From the NCBI GenBank assembly GCA_040386935.1, contig JAZKEQ010000001.1, forward strand, positions 62,232 to 126,231: 64,000 nt of DNA. Reading direction: 5' to 3'. The translations under genes were made by a program, and so were the position numbers. The first letter of the stretch is position 1. Each line of letters opens with the position of its first letter. The stretch comes from Bacteroidota bacterium (GTDB lineage Bacteria; Bacteroidota; Bacteroidia; NS11-12g; UBA955). Below, piece after piece: positions 25,152 to 35,135 of the stretch. The notes beneath the pieces are model-generated. The model saw only the letters and a list, made by a program, of their open reading frames with translations. It had not been told where the DNA came from and did not search any database.

Positions 25152-25358
25152 CACCATTCGTCAGGCCGAATGGTGGTAGGGGATTGTCTTCCAAATGAAG
25201 ATTGTCTTAACCCACAAGGGTTATCCGCCTGGGGGCGGATGAACCCTTGTGGGGGAGGCTACAAAGCTATTTATACAATCCGCTTTGGGCGGATTGTATT
25301 TTTATTTCATCCGGTCACACGCTCAAATGCTGCGCATTTGGCGTGTTTCGGATGAAAT
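25152..25358. repeat. Cluster of four strong stem-loops downstream of tRNA-Ser, two with the ATCCGCC/GGCGGAT core
   Basis: Hairpins at 25152-75, 25211-53 (cccacaagggtTATCCGCCtgggGGCGGATgaacccttgtggg), 25274-98 (tacAATCCGCtttggGCGGATTgta) and 25304-58 (three-segment long hairpin). Confidence 0.7.
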
Positions 25359-25390
25359 AAAAAAGCCCATCTGCTTGCGCAGATGGGCTT
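25359..25390 (-). terminator. Rho-independent terminator after tRNA-Ser
   Basis: Minus strand reads AAGCCCATCTGC-gcaa-GCAGATGGGCTTTTTT. Confidence 0.75.
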
Positions 25391-25402
25391 AAATATCTTT
25401 GG

Positions 25403-25489
25403 CGGTGAGGGAGGGATTCGAACCCTCGGTACAGTTTCCCGTACGACAGTTTAGCAAACTGTTACTTTCGGCCACTCAGTCACCTCACC
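25403..25489 (-). tRNA. tRNA-Ser (anticodon GCT), class II with long variable arm
   Basis: GGTGAGGTGACTGAGTGGCCGAAAGTAACAGTTTGCTAAACTGTCGTACGGGAAACTGTACCGAGGGTTCGAATCCCTCCCTCACCG. A genomically encoded CCA follows at 25402-25400. Confidence 0.93.
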
Positions 25490-25504
25490 AAAAATTTGGG
25501 ATTG

Positions 25505-25512
25505 CAAAAGTA
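25505..25512 (-). promoter_or_regulatory. -7 box TACTTTTG upstream of tRNA-Ser
   Basis: The minus strand reads TACTTTTGCAA, 16 nt upstream of the tRNA 5' end. Confidence 0.45.
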
Positions 25513-25634
25513 CACTTTTTATAAAAAAAACAAAAAGTATTTTTATTTATAAATCTAATTGGTATTTTTTGGTAGGCTATATTTTATTTTTACCGTAATA
25601 TTGAATTTTATTTTTTGTCGTATATATACCGTAG

Positions 25635-28286
25635 ATGAATTACAAGGATTGTTTAAAGTTTAGAGATATCAAAACCTATGGCAGCACAGAATGGCTGGCC
25701 AATAATGCAAAAAAATACCGCTCTGTTTTCGATGAACAGGAAGCTTCGTATGTTTATTGCGAATTCTCCTTCTTCAATAAAAAATTTGATGAAGAAAACT
25801 GGGATCTTAAGTTAAGACTCAAATGCCTCAACGAGTTAGATGAGGAAATTTGTGAGCTTAATTGCGACCGCCCTATCGATAAAAGAGACAATATTGTCTT
25901 TGTTAGAGAAGGCTGGGGCGTAAAAACACCAAGCACCTATTGGAAAACAGGCGCCTATCGCTGGGAAGCTTGGATAGATGATGAGCTCATCGGTTCAAAA
26001 AGTTTTTATATTGAACGCCAAGGCCTTGTGCGCAATGGCATCAACCCATATTATAAAGTTGAAGCAGTAAAATTATATGAAGGACCTGATGCCAACATGG
26101 TACAAGGTGAACGCAAATATTTCGTTGGCTTCAATGCCCTGAGTACCCGTTATATCTGGATTGAAATCAACGCCAAAAACCTGGTACGCAAAAGCACCGA
26201 CTGGGCTTGTGAAATGACTTTTAATTACAAAACTTCTTCAGGTCACCTGAAAGGTTCTGCATCAAAATTATTTTTTGTTAAGCCCGATGAAGATTTCTTC
26301 ACCACCACTGTAGGTTGGGGCAGCGATATGCTCGGCACCTGGGGTCGTGGCCGCTATTACATTGAAGTGGTATTCATGGATGAATTAGTTGCTAGTGTCC
26401 CTTTTGAAGTAGGTGATGATTACATCGATGCGGTTGAAGAAGACTTTATTCCATTGGTACAAACCGGCTTCTATTTCGATGCCGACTTCGATATATTGGA
26501 CGATGACATGGAAGGTGAAATCTCTGAAAAATCAGATCCCAAAATGCCTGCAATTCCGGATTCATACGAAAATGTAATGAAGGATTTGGACAGCATGGTA
26601 GGACTCGACTCTATTAAAGAGAAAGTAAAAGAATATACCAACTACCTTAAATTCTTAGCGCTTCGCAAAGAAAAAGGATTGGCAGATGATGAACACATCA
26701 ACCTGCACGCTGTATTTAAAGGCAATCCGGGAACAGGTAAAACTACCGTTGCTCGTATGCTGGGTCGTATCTACAAAGAATTGGGTCTATTGAAAAAAGG
26801 TCATGTTCACGAAGTTGACAGAGGAGATTTGGTTGCTGAATTTATCGGTCAGACAGCACCAAAAACTAAAGAAGCCATTAAAAAAGCAAAAGACGGTATT
26901 CTTTTTATTGACGAAGCTTACTCATTAGCACGCAAAGACGATGACAGCAAAGACTTTGGAAAAGAAGCCATAGAAATACTATTAAAAGAGTTAAGTGATG
27001 CCAATGATATCGCCATTATCGTTGCAGGTTATCCTGCTGAAATGGATGTGTTCATGGAATCAAATCCGGGCTTGAAATCAAGGTTCACCATGACTTATGA
27101 TTTCCCTGATTACGTTCCACAGGAACTGGCACAAATTGCTATTTACTCATCTGAAAAACGAGGTGTAAAATTCAGCAAAGACGCTTCTGAAACACTCTAC
27201 AAACAATTGGTATCTGCTTACCGCGACAGAGATAAATTCTTTGGTAATGCCCGTATGGTGAACTCTATGATCGATGAATTAAAAATGAATCTCGGTCTAA
27301 GGGTGATGAAAGCAAAAGACCCCAACAAACTCACCATTGACAGTTTGAGTTTAATTGAAAAAGAAGATGTAGAAAAAACATTTAAAGAACATAAAGGCAA
27401 ACTGGCAGACATTCCTATTGATGAGGAATTGCTGAAAGAATCAACCACCAAACTCAAACGCTTAACAGGATTAAACTCCGTTAAACACGATATTGATGAA
27501 TTGATTAAATTGGTGCGTTTCTATAAAGAGTCAGGAAAAAATCCAAGAGAAATTTTCTCATTACACTCTGTATTTTTAGGTAATCCGGGAACAGGTAAAA
27601 CAACTGTTGCCAGAATTCTTGCACAGATATACAAGGCATTGGGCATCTTAGAGCGCGGTCATTTAGTGGAATGCGACCGTCAATCGATGGTGGGTGGTTA
27701 TATCGGTCAGACTGCCATTAAAACAGCTGAGATAATTGAAAAAGCCATGGGCGGTGTGTTATTCATTGATGAAGCTTATGCTTTAACTGAAGGTGGTGGT
27801 AACGACTATGGCAGAGAAGCAGTTGAAGCTTTATTGAAACGGATGGAAGACAACCGCGGTAAATTCATTGTAATTGCTGCCGGTTATACCCAAAACATGG
27901 AGCGTTTCCTTGAAGCCAACCCGGGTTTAAAATCGAGGTTCGACCGCACATTCACTTTTGAAGATTTCAAACCGGATGATTTATTTGAAATAGCACTGCA
28001 ACAACTCAGCGACCACAATATTACACCTGATGCAGAAGCAAGCGAGCATCTGAAAACGTACATCGGTTACATGTATCAGAAACGTGATAAGTTCTTTGGA
28101 AACGGTAGAGCTGTGCGCAAGGTGATAGAAGAAGCAGTAAAAAATCAACATTTACGACTCAGTGAATTGCCAAAAACCAAACGTACACCAAAAGTTGTCA
28201 GTACATTGACCATTGCAGATGTTTCTGAATTCAAAGCAGACAATATCCCAACTCAAAGAACAGGTATAGGTTTTAAAACAAACTGA
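25635..28286 (+). CDS. Tandem CbbX/SpoVK-type AAA+ ATPase with a duplicated N-terminal domain
   Basis: 883 aa. Two modules, each with GNPGTGKTTVAR (Walker A) and (I/V)LFIDEAY(S/A)L (Walker B). The N-terminal 260 aa is an internal duplication: KKY..F...Y..E....W ... GWG....W..G.Y..E....DEL..S..F. Confidence 0.9.
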   Translation: MNYKDCLKFRDIKTYGSTEWLANNAKKYRSVFDEQEASYVYCEFSFFNKKFDEENWDLKLRLKCLNELDEEICELNCDRPIDKRDNIVFVREGWGVKTPSTYWKTGAYRWEAWIDDELIGSKSFYIERQGLVRNGINPYYKVEAVKLYEGPDANMVQGERKYFVGFNALSTRYIWIEINAKNLVRKSTDWACEMTFNYKTSSGHLKGSASKLFFVKPDEDFFTTTVGWGSDMLGTWGRGRYYIEVVFMDELVASVPFEVGDDYIDAVEEDFIPLVQTGFYFDADFDILDDDMEGEISEKSDPKMPAIPDSYENVMKDLDSMVGLDSIKEKVKEYTNYLKFLALRKEKGLADDEHINLHAVFKGNPGTGKTTVARMLGRIYKELGLLKKGHVHEVDRGDLVAEFIGQTAPKTKEAIKKAKDGILFIDEAYSLARKDDDSKDFGKEAIEILLKELSDANDIAIIVAGYPAEMDVFMESNPGLKSRFTMTYDFPDYVPQELAQIAIYSSEKRGVKFSKDASETLYKQLVSAYRDRDKFFGNARMVNSMIDELKMNLGLRVMKAKDPNKLTIDSLSLIEKEDVEKTFKEHKGKLADIPIDEELLKESTTKLKRLTGLNSVKHDIDELIKLVRFYKESGKNPREIFSLHSVFLGNPGTGKTTVARILAQIYKALGILERGHLVECDRQSMVGGYIGQTAIKTAEIIEKAMGGVLFIDEAYALTEGGGNDYGREAVEALLKRMEDNRGKFIVIAAGYTQNMERFLEANPGLKSRFDRTFTFEDFKPDDLFEIALQQLSDHNITPDAEASEHLKTYIGYMYQKRDKFFGNGRAVRKVIEEAVKNQHLRLSELPKTKRTPKVVSTLTIADVSEFKADNIPTQRTGIGFKTN

Positions 28287-29422
28287 TGCTACCAACAGAT
28301 TTATCCTTATTATCCATTATCCTTCTAGCAGCTTTAATAATGGTTGCTATTGTGCAGTTGGTTTACCATTTCAAGGTGTTTGGCCGTTTGCTAAAAAAAG
28401 TGGGTAAGTCGGAACTGCCTCAAAAATGGCAAAGTGTAAGCGTTATTGTATGTGCACAAAGTGAATACGAGAATCTTCAAAAACTTGTACCAGCAATACT
28501 GAATCAACAATACCCCGACTTTGAATTAGTAATAGTAGATGATGCCAGTTGGGATCACACCACTAATTACCTCGAAGAACTTCAGTTAACAGAACCACGC
28601 GTAAAAGCGGTATTTGTGACTGAGGATATGAAGAAAAACAGCAAGGGTAAAAAACTGGCATTAACACTTGGCGTGAAAGCCGCCAAACACGAAATATTAT
28701 TATTGACCGATGCCGACTGTATGCCTAATTCAGAGCATTGGATTACTGAAATGGTATTGCCTTATCACGAAAATCCCAACACAGAGATTGTACTGGGCTA
28801 CTCCCCTTTCATTAAGCGCCATGCCTGGACTAACTTAGTAGCTCAAATGGAAAATTTATTGACCGCTATTTCCTATCTGGGCTATGCCATCAATAGCAAT
28901 CCATACATGGGCGTAGGCAGAAATTTGAGTTATAAAAAATCATTGTTCTTCAGAGTGAAGGGTTTTGCCAGTCACCACCACATAGCTTCAGGTGATGATG
29001 ATTTGTTTGTACAGGATGCAGCCAACAGTACCAATACAGCTATTTGTGTAAACCCTAAAGCATTTGTTAATACCACAGCAAAGAAAACTTTTAAAGAGTG
29101 GTTTCAGCAGAAAAAACGCCATAATTATGTAGGTAAATACTACAAAAAAAGTCACCAGTTTCAACTGGCCTTTTTTGCATTTATACACGCTTTGTTTTGG
29201 GCCACTATGACTGTTAATATTATATTCCCTGAAACCAGATGGTGGAGTTTGATTTTCTTATTGGTTTTTTGGCTGATAAAAATTCCTTTTATATTCAAAG
29301 TATTCAAGAAATTAAAACGTTCTAATTACGCATTATGGCTACCTTTCTTTGATGTATTTTATCTGTTCTATAATATAGTATTCGGGACCATCACTTTATT
29401 CGGCAGACAGAAAAAATGGTAG
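28286..29422 (+). CDS. Family-2 glycosyltransferase, membrane-anchored
   Basis: 378 aa. VIVCAQSEYENL..., IVDDASWDHT, LLTDADCMP (DxD-type) and C-terminal TM helices. Its ATG overlaps the upstream TGA. Confidence 0.85.
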   Translation: MLPTDLSLLSIILLAALIMVAIVQLVYHFKVFGRLLKKVGKSELPQKWQSVSVIVCAQSEYENLQKLVPAILNQQYPDFELVIVDDASWDHTTNYLEELQLTEPRVKAVFVTEDMKKNSKGKKLALTLGVKAAKHEILLLTDADCMPNSEHWITEMVLPYHENPNTEIVLGYSPFIKRHAWTNLVAQMENLLTAISYLGYAINSNPYMGVGRNLSYKKSLFFRVKGFASHHHIASGDDDLFVQDAANSTNTAICVNPKAFVNTTAKKTFKEWFQQKKRHNYVGKYYKKSHQFQLAFFAFIHALFWATMTVNIIFPETRWWSLIFLLVFWLIKIPFIFKVFKKLKRSNYALWLPFFDVFYLFYNIVFGTITLFGRQKKW

Positions 29423-30039
29423 ACCACGAACTCATCTTCAGTTACTTCCCCAATCTGTCTGAATTGCAACAAAATCAGATCAAGCAATTATACCCTGTAT
29501 ATAAGGAGTGGAATGACAAGATCAATGTCGTGTCCCGAAAAGACATAGATGAGTTATACATCAGACACGTATTGCATTCGTTGGCGATTGCTAAACTAGC
29601 AGATTTCAGTCAGGTGCATACCGTATTGGATATCGGTACAGGAGGGGGCTTCCCCGGCATTCCATTGGCCATATTATATCCTGACATTGAATTTCATTTG
29701 GTAGATTCTATAGGCAAAAAAATAGCAGTTGTTGAAGGTGTTGTTGAAGCGCTTGAATTAAAGAATGTAAAAGCCGAGCAAGCCAGAGCAGAACAAATAA
29801 GAGGTAAATACGATGTTGTAACCTGTAGAGCGGTGACACAACTGGTAGATTTTTTTGGATGGATTGCAAAAAATTTAAAGCCTGATAGTGAAGTCTTGTG
29901 TTTAAAAGGTGGCGACCTGTCTGATGAAATTTCAGTGTTCAAGTCACAATATAAAAGCAAGAAAGTAAAAGAGATTCTTTTGAGCCCTGCTTTCAATCTT
30001 CCTTTTTTTGAAACAAAAAAACTGCTCATCATTCGATGA
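29416..30039 (+). CDS. rsmG: 16S rRNA (guanine527-N7)-methyltransferase
   Basis: 207 aa. VLDIGTGGGFPGIPLAI SAM motif and GidB-like layout. Confidence 0.88.
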   Translation: MVDHELIFSYFPNLSELQQNQIKQLYPVYKEWNDKINVVSRKDIDELYIRHVLHSLAIAKLADFSQVHTVLDIGTGGGFPGIPLAILYPDIEFHLVDSIGKKIAVVEGVVEALELKNVKAEQARAEQIRGKYDVVTCRAVTQLVDFFGWIAKNLKPDSEVLCLKGGDLSDEISVFKSQYKSKKVKEILLSPAFNLPFFETKKLLIIR

Positions 30040-30126
30040 CAAAGCGCTATATCGCTGGTATTTAAAAAAAAATTTGTCATTTTACGTTAAAAATGGGTTA
30101 TTTGCACCAACCAAAAATTTAAAATC

Positions 30127-30363
30127 ATGTCAGAAGTAGCAGCAAAAGTAAAATCAATCATCGTTGATAAGTTAGGCGTTGAAGAAAGCGAAGTAACTCC
30201 GGAAGCAAGTTTCACAAACGATTTAGGTGCAGATTCATTAGATACAGTTGAATTGATTATGGAATTCGAAAAAGAATTCAATATTGCCATTCCTGATGAA
30301 CAAGCTGAAAAAATCGGAACTGTAGGTGATGCAATTACTTACATCGAAAACAACTCTAAGTAA
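30127..30363 (+). CDS. acpP: Acyl carrier protein
   Basis: 78 aa. [17 protein letters not shown] phosphopantetheine-attachment site. Confidence 0.97.
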   Translation: MSEVAAKVKSIIVDKLGVEESEVTPEASFTNDLGADSLDTVELIMEFEKEFNIAIPDEQAEKIGTVGDAITYIENNSK

Positions 30364-30390
30364 TTTATTTAATATCCTCAAACCATTTAC

Positions 30391-31644
30391 ATGCAATTAA
30401 AACGTGTAGTAGTTACAGGATTAGGTGCTCTTACACCGCTAGGCAATAATCTCCAGGATTACTGGAAAAACTTGGCTAATGGTGTAAGCGGTGCCGACAT
30501 GATTACGTTGTTCGATACCACCAAGTTTAAAACAAAATTTGCTTGCGAGGTAAAGAACTTTAATCCTGAAGACTTTATGGACCGCAAAGAGGCCAGAAAA
30601 ATGGACCGCTTTGCTCAATTTGCTTTTGTTACCACAGAAGAAGCCATCAAGGATTCCGGTATCGATTTAGAAAAAATTGATAAAACGAGAATTGGTGTCA
30701 TCTGGGGATCCGGTATTGGCGGTTTAACCTCCTTTTTCCAGGAAAGTGCTGAATATGCACGTGGAGACGGTACGCCTCGTTTCTCACCTTTCTTTATCAC
30801 TAAAATGATCTCCGATATTGCCGGTGGATTAGTCAGTATCAAATACGGATTTGGCGGACCTAATTACACCACAGTATCAGCATGTGCATCAAGTAATAAT
30901 GCATTGATTGATGCCTACACCATGATACAATTGGGTAAAAGCCCTATGATTATCACCGGTGGCTCAGAAGCTTGTGTGAACGAACCTGCCATGGGCGGTT
31001 TCTGCAACATGAAAGCGCTGAGCGAAAGAAATGATTCTCCTCAAACAGCTTCACGTCCATTCGATAAAGACAGAGATGGATTTGTACTCGGTGAAGGCTC
31101 TGCCGCACTGGTACTCGAAGAATATGAACATGCGAAAGCAAGAGGGGCAAAAATCTATTGTGAAGTAGTTGGTACCGGTATGAGTGCCGATGCTTATCAC
31201 ATGACAGCCCCACACCCTGAAGGATTAGGTGTTATCAATGTACTTAACTGGGCATTGGAAGACGCTAACCTAACCCCTGCAGATGTAGATTATATTAACG
31301 TTCACGGCACTTCCACACCGTTGGGAGATGTTGCAGAATTGAAAGCTATACAAGCAGTATTCGGTGAGCAGGCTTATAACCTGAACATCAGTTCAACAAA
31401 ATCAATGACCGGTCACTTATTGGGTGGAGCAGGTGCGATTGAAGCAGTAGCTTCTATCATGGCCATGCAACACAATTTAGTACCGCCTACCATCAATCAC
31501 TTTACAGATGATGAAAACATTGACAATAAACTGAACTTAACTTTCAATAAAGCACAGCAAAAACAAATTAATGTCGCCATCAGTAATACTTTTGGTTTTG
31601 GCGGACACAATGCCTCTGTTATTTTTAAAAGATTAACAGACTAA
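30391..31644 (+). CDS. fabF: 3-oxoacyl-ACP synthase II
   Basis: 417 aa. VSACASSNNAL (active-site Cys), HGTSTPLGD, SNTFGFGGHNASVIF. Confidence 0.95.
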   Translation: MQLKRVVVTGLGALTPLGNNLQDYWKNLANGVSGADMITLFDTTKFKTKFACEVKNFNPEDFMDRKEARKMDRFAQFAFVTTEEAIKDSGIDLEKIDKTRIGVIWGSGIGGLTSFFQESAEYARGDGTPRFSPFFITKMISDIAGGLVSIKYGFGGPNYTTVSACASSNNALIDAYTMIQLGKSPMIITGGSEACVNEPAMGGFCNMKALSERNDSPQTASRPFDKDRDGFVLGEGSAALVLEEYEHAKARGAKIYCEVVGTGMSADAYHMTAPHPEGLGVINVLNWALEDANLTPADVDYINVHGTSTPLGDVAELKAIQAVFGEQAYNLNISSTKSMTGHLLGGAGAIEAVASIMAMQHNLVPPTINHFTDDENIDNKLNLTFNKAQQKQINVAISNTFGFGGHNASVIFKRLTD

Positions 31645-31678
31645 TTTAATCCATCAACCACATTAAGGGTTTTACAAT

Positions 31679-32407
31679 GTGCTAAAGCGTATTTTCTTTA
31701 CTAAGTTTTCCTCTAAAAAAGTACTTTATCAGAAGTTATACAATGTCCTTGGATTTTTTCCTGACAAGATATCGCTTTATGAAATTGCTTTAACCCATCA
31801 CTCCTACAAACACAATCATCAGAGGGCTGACAAGATCAACAACAATGAGCGTTTAGAGTTTTTAGGTGATGCCGTTTTAGGTTTCATCATTGCTGAAAAA
31901 TTATACAACTTATTCCCCTACAACAACGAAGGCTTTCTGACCGAAATGCGATCGAAAGTAGTGAGCCGTCAGAAGTTGAATTACCTCGGAAAAAAAATGG
32001 GTTTGCAACAACTCATACAGTTTGATAAGGTATTGGCCAATAACCAAACTTTTATGGATACCATTTGCGGCAACGCGCTGGAAGCCATTGTTGGCGCCAT
32101 TTATGTCGATAAGGGTTTTAATTTTACACGTACTTTTATTCTCAATAAAATAGTGGGTTTACACATCGATATCAAAGCATTGGTAGAAGATGAAATCAGC
32201 TATAAAGCCAAATTGGTAAAGTGGGGACAAAAGGAACGCAAAAAAGTTGAATTCGTTATCAAGGATATGAGCATTTTAAACAAGCGTAAATTCTTTGAAA
32301 TTGCCATCATGATAGATGGTGAAGAAAAAATAGTATCACGCAATCACTCTAAAAAAATTGCGGAAGAACAAGCCAGTGAAAAGGCTTGTGCGCTGTTGTT
32401 TATTTGA
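31679..32407 (+). CDS. rnc: Ribonuclease III
   Basis: 242 aa with a GTG start. NERLEFLGDAVLG signature and a C-terminal dsRBD (AKKIAEEQASEKA). Confidence 0.92.
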   Translation: MLKRIFFTKFSSKKVLYQKLYNVLGFFPDKISLYEIALTHHSYKHNHQRADKINNNERLEFLGDAVLGFIIAEKLYNLFPYNNEGFLTEMRSKVVSRQKLNYLGKKMGLQQLIQFDKVLANNQTFMDTICGNALEAIVGAIYVDKGFNFTRTFILNKIVGLHIDIKALVEDEISYKAKLVKWGQKERKKVEFVIKDMSILNKRKFFEIAIMIDGEEKIVSRNHSKKIAEEQASEKACALLFI

Positions 32408-32496
32408 ATAAACTCTCCCTACCATTAGCACTTGATATGCTAAATCATGATAGTTATCTCAATTATTTTTCTTATTATTGACTTTAATTACTTATC

Positions 32497-33909
32497 ATGA
32501 AAATAATTGCTTTTATATATTTTGTTTTAACATTTACATCTCTTTCAGCTCAAAGCAGCTTCTATAAATCTGTTTATCTAAAAGATCAGGCTAAATATAA
32601 TTATCAAACTGGAAGTCAAGGAAATAAAGTCATTTTTTTTAACAATAGATTGTATTCTATCTGCAGTTCCTTGTCATATAATTCCCTTAGTAAATACTAT
32701 ACAAATTATCTTCATTTCATAAAATTTGATTCAAATGGTGACACACTATTAAGCAAACTCATCTATAGCGATTCAATTAATACACTTTACAATATCACAT
32801 TCAGTGCAACCCAAAACCACTTAATAGTATCATTTTCGAAACAGAAGGATTTTGTCTACACTTCTAAAGTGGGTTATCATGCCATTGAGTTGGATACAAC
32901 AGGCAAAATCATCAATTCCTCTGTTTTGAATATAACAATTGATTCAACTACATATATTACAACCTCTAAACTATTCACCTTAAATAGCAATAAATATGTA
33001 ATTGTGTCCCAAAATAGAAAAAACCAAGATTCTGCTAATGCATATTTAGCAAGACTAGTAAATGGAGCGGTAAGTGATACAGTAGTGAAGTTTACTGACA
33101 CAATTTGTCATCATCAATTAATTAATATTTATCAGATAAATAACAATCGTTTTCTTTTAATAGAACGGCAAAAAAAAAGAGGCTCTGCAATTCCTGCCTT
33201 AGGCAAAACTCTTTTACACCTATACGATTCAAACTTTAACCTATTAAAGATTATATCATACAATGATTTTTCTGCACAATATGATATAACTATAGATACT
33301 GATACCGTATTGATTTTAGGTGCAAATTATTCTCTAACACAACAATCCAATGACTATATTATTTATACGCTGAAAAAAATAACTATTGCGGGTGATTCAC
33401 TTTCATCGTGGACTTCGAAAAAATACACAAAAGATACGGTTGGTACTAATCCTAAAATCATTTTAAACAAAGGTGGCCTTTATATCGGCAGTACAAAATT
33501 CTTATTCAAGTTTGAAAATCAATCATTGAATATCATAAGAAAAATGTCACCGTATAACCCCTTAGATTATTGTTTTGTTAATGATACAATGATAGGGTTT
33601 ACAGGCGGGGTGAATAAAATATCGAATATTGGCATCATAACAACCGATGGCAAATTTTCAGGGATAAAAACTGTCCTAAAAAACAATCTCTCTATAGCTA
33701 TTTATCCTAACCCTTCAGCGAAAGGTTTATTGAATTTTAAACCTACTTTAAATGAAGCTGTTAGAATAGATATCTTTAATACGTTAGGAGAATCAGTATT
33801 TTCAACTACAGACACTTTAGATCACACAATTACAACCAACTTACCTAAGGGTTTATATTTTATCAAAATTTCAGGTGCTGTTGGTTCATTTAAATGGCTG
33901 ATTGAATAA
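32497..33909 (+). CDS. T9SS type-A-sorted secreted protein
   Basis: 470 aa with a signal peptide. C-terminus IYPNPSAKGLLNF...GLYFIKISG...KWLIE. Confidence 0.8.
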   Translation: MKIIAFIYFVLTFTSLSAQSSFYKSVYLKDQAKYNYQTGSQGNKVIFFNNRLYSICSSLSYNSLSKYYTNYLHFIKFDSNGDTLLSKLIYSDSINTLYNITFSATQNHLIVSFSKQKDFVYTSKVGYHAIELDTTGKIINSSVLNITIDSTTYITTSKLFTLNSNKYVIVSQNRKNQDSANAYLARLVNGAVSDTVVKFTDTICHHQLINIYQINNNRFLLIERQKKRGSAIPALGKTLLHLYDSNFNLLKIISYNDFSAQYDITIDTDTVLILGANYSLTQQSNDYIIYTLKKITIAGDSLSSWTSKKYTKDTVGTNPKIILNKGGLYIGSTKFLFKFENQSLNIIRKMSPYNPLDYCFVNDTMIGFTGGVNKISNIGIITTDGKFSGIKTVLKNNLSIAIYPNPSAKGLLNFKPTLNEAVRIDIFNTLGESVFSTTDTLDHTITTNLPKGLYFIKISGAVGSFKWLIE

Positions 33910-33916
33910 ACAAGCT

Positions 33917-34948
33917 CTATTTCAACCTCGCAATATCAATCTCCCTATCCAAAGGTGTTTGATTAAACACATGATCCAATAACAGTTTGCCGTAATACGG
34001 AGAAAGCGCTACCCCTTTTGCACCCAATCCATTGAACACAAAACAATTGTTGTGTGGTGTTACTTTTCCCATCACCGGTCTGCGGTCGTTGCTGGCCGGT
34101 CGCACCCCAGCTACATGGTCCAATACTTCGTATTCGCCTTTATAAAAAAACGACCATTTGTGCAATATTTCTGCCTTGCCCTGTTCTGTTGGCACATTGT
34201 CTAATGGGTCCCATGTAAATGTAGAACCTATGCGAAAACAACCATTGCCCTGAGGCAACATGAACACACCCTGCTGTGGAATATAATCCACGTCAATGGG
34301 CGTTTTCACCAACAGTATTTCTCCTTTGGCCGGATTCAGAATTTTAGGCTTGATAAAAGGATTATTTACCACACCATTGCCTTCACAAAAAATAACATGT
34401 CGGGCTTTGATGTCGCGGTATTGTACATGATTGTTGAGAAAGGATAATTCACTGTAAATAAACGGCTCTTCTTTCAATGCATTTTGTGTTTTTAAATACT
34501 GTTTAGTAGCAGCTATGAATAAGGCACTTTGCACCCAACCTGAATGGCGAATGGTGATGTAACCATGGGGTGAAATAAAATGTTCGAGTGGTGTATGATT
34601 CACCTCTACCCATCCACCAAATGGCTGGTCAGCCGCTCGTGAACTCCAGTCGTTGAGTTCTGCCTGCGACTGTAAAATATAGCGTATCGGCTGTTGCTTG
34701 AGAAATCCTGCATTTAAAAACACCTCTGCTTCTGAATAATAATCTGTGATACCGGGATAAATTAAATGGGCATTGTAGGCTGTTTTTTGGTGCTTTGGCA
34801 ATATGGGATTGTATATACCACCGGCTACTAATGATGAGGTATTCGGGCCTTCCAAATCTATCATCATCAACGACTTACCCATTCGGGCCAATTGGTAAGA
34901 TAAATTACAACCCGCCAGTCCACCACCGACAATTAAACAATCAAGCAT
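33917..34948 (-). CDS. FAD-dependent oxidoreductase (DAO family)
   Basis: 343 aa. N-terminus DCLIVGGGLAGC is a Rossmann dinucleotide-binding fold. Confidence 0.8.
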   Translation of the reverse strand: MLDCLIVGGGLAGCNLSYQLARMGKSLMMIDLEGPNTSSLVAGGIYNPILPKHQKTAYNAHLIYPGITDYYSEAEVFLNAGFLKQQPIRYILQSQAELNDWSSRAADQPFGGWVEVNHTPLEHFISPHGYITIRHSGWVQSALFIAATKQYLKTQNALKEEPFIYSELSFLNNHVQYRDIKARHVIFCEGNGVVNNPFIKPKILNPAKGEILLVKTPIDVDYIPQQGVFMLPQGNGCFRIGSTFTWDPLDNVPTEQGKAEILHKWSFFYKGEYEVLDHVAGVRPASNDRRPVMGKVTPHNNCFVFNGLGAKGVALSPYYGKLLLDHVFNQTPLDREIDIARLK

Positions 34949-35110
34949 TCGAAATCATTGTATAGTGGCGCAAAGTAACAGCTTAATGGGCATTATTTTT
35001 TCTCAATTTTTATATAGGCATTTATACCTTTTATGATTATGCTATATTATTAATATTCAATATTTTATGTAAATAAACATGGATTTATTTGCAAAATAGT
35101 ATTAAAATAC

Positions 35111-35118
35111 TATTTTTG
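35111..35118 (+). promoter_or_regulatory. -7 box TATTTTTG inside an 11-bp inverted repeat
   Basis: aaaatagtatt-aa-aatactatttt at about 35091-35117, 18 nt upstream of the ATG at 35136. Confidence 0.3.
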
Positions 35119-35135
35119 TTTAAAATTAAACTAGA

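Noticed and set aside
25170-25355. 61-aa plus-strand ORF
   Set aside because: It lies entirely within the stem-loop cluster downstream of tRNA-Ser. Its composition is driven by the palindromes.
25635-28286. AAA+ ATPase as part of an anti-phage defence system
   Set aside because: It is a CbbX/SpoVK-type ATPase with no nuclease or effector partner, and it is start/stop-coupled to GT2 and rsmG ahead of acpP-fabF-rnc. That is a housekeeping context.
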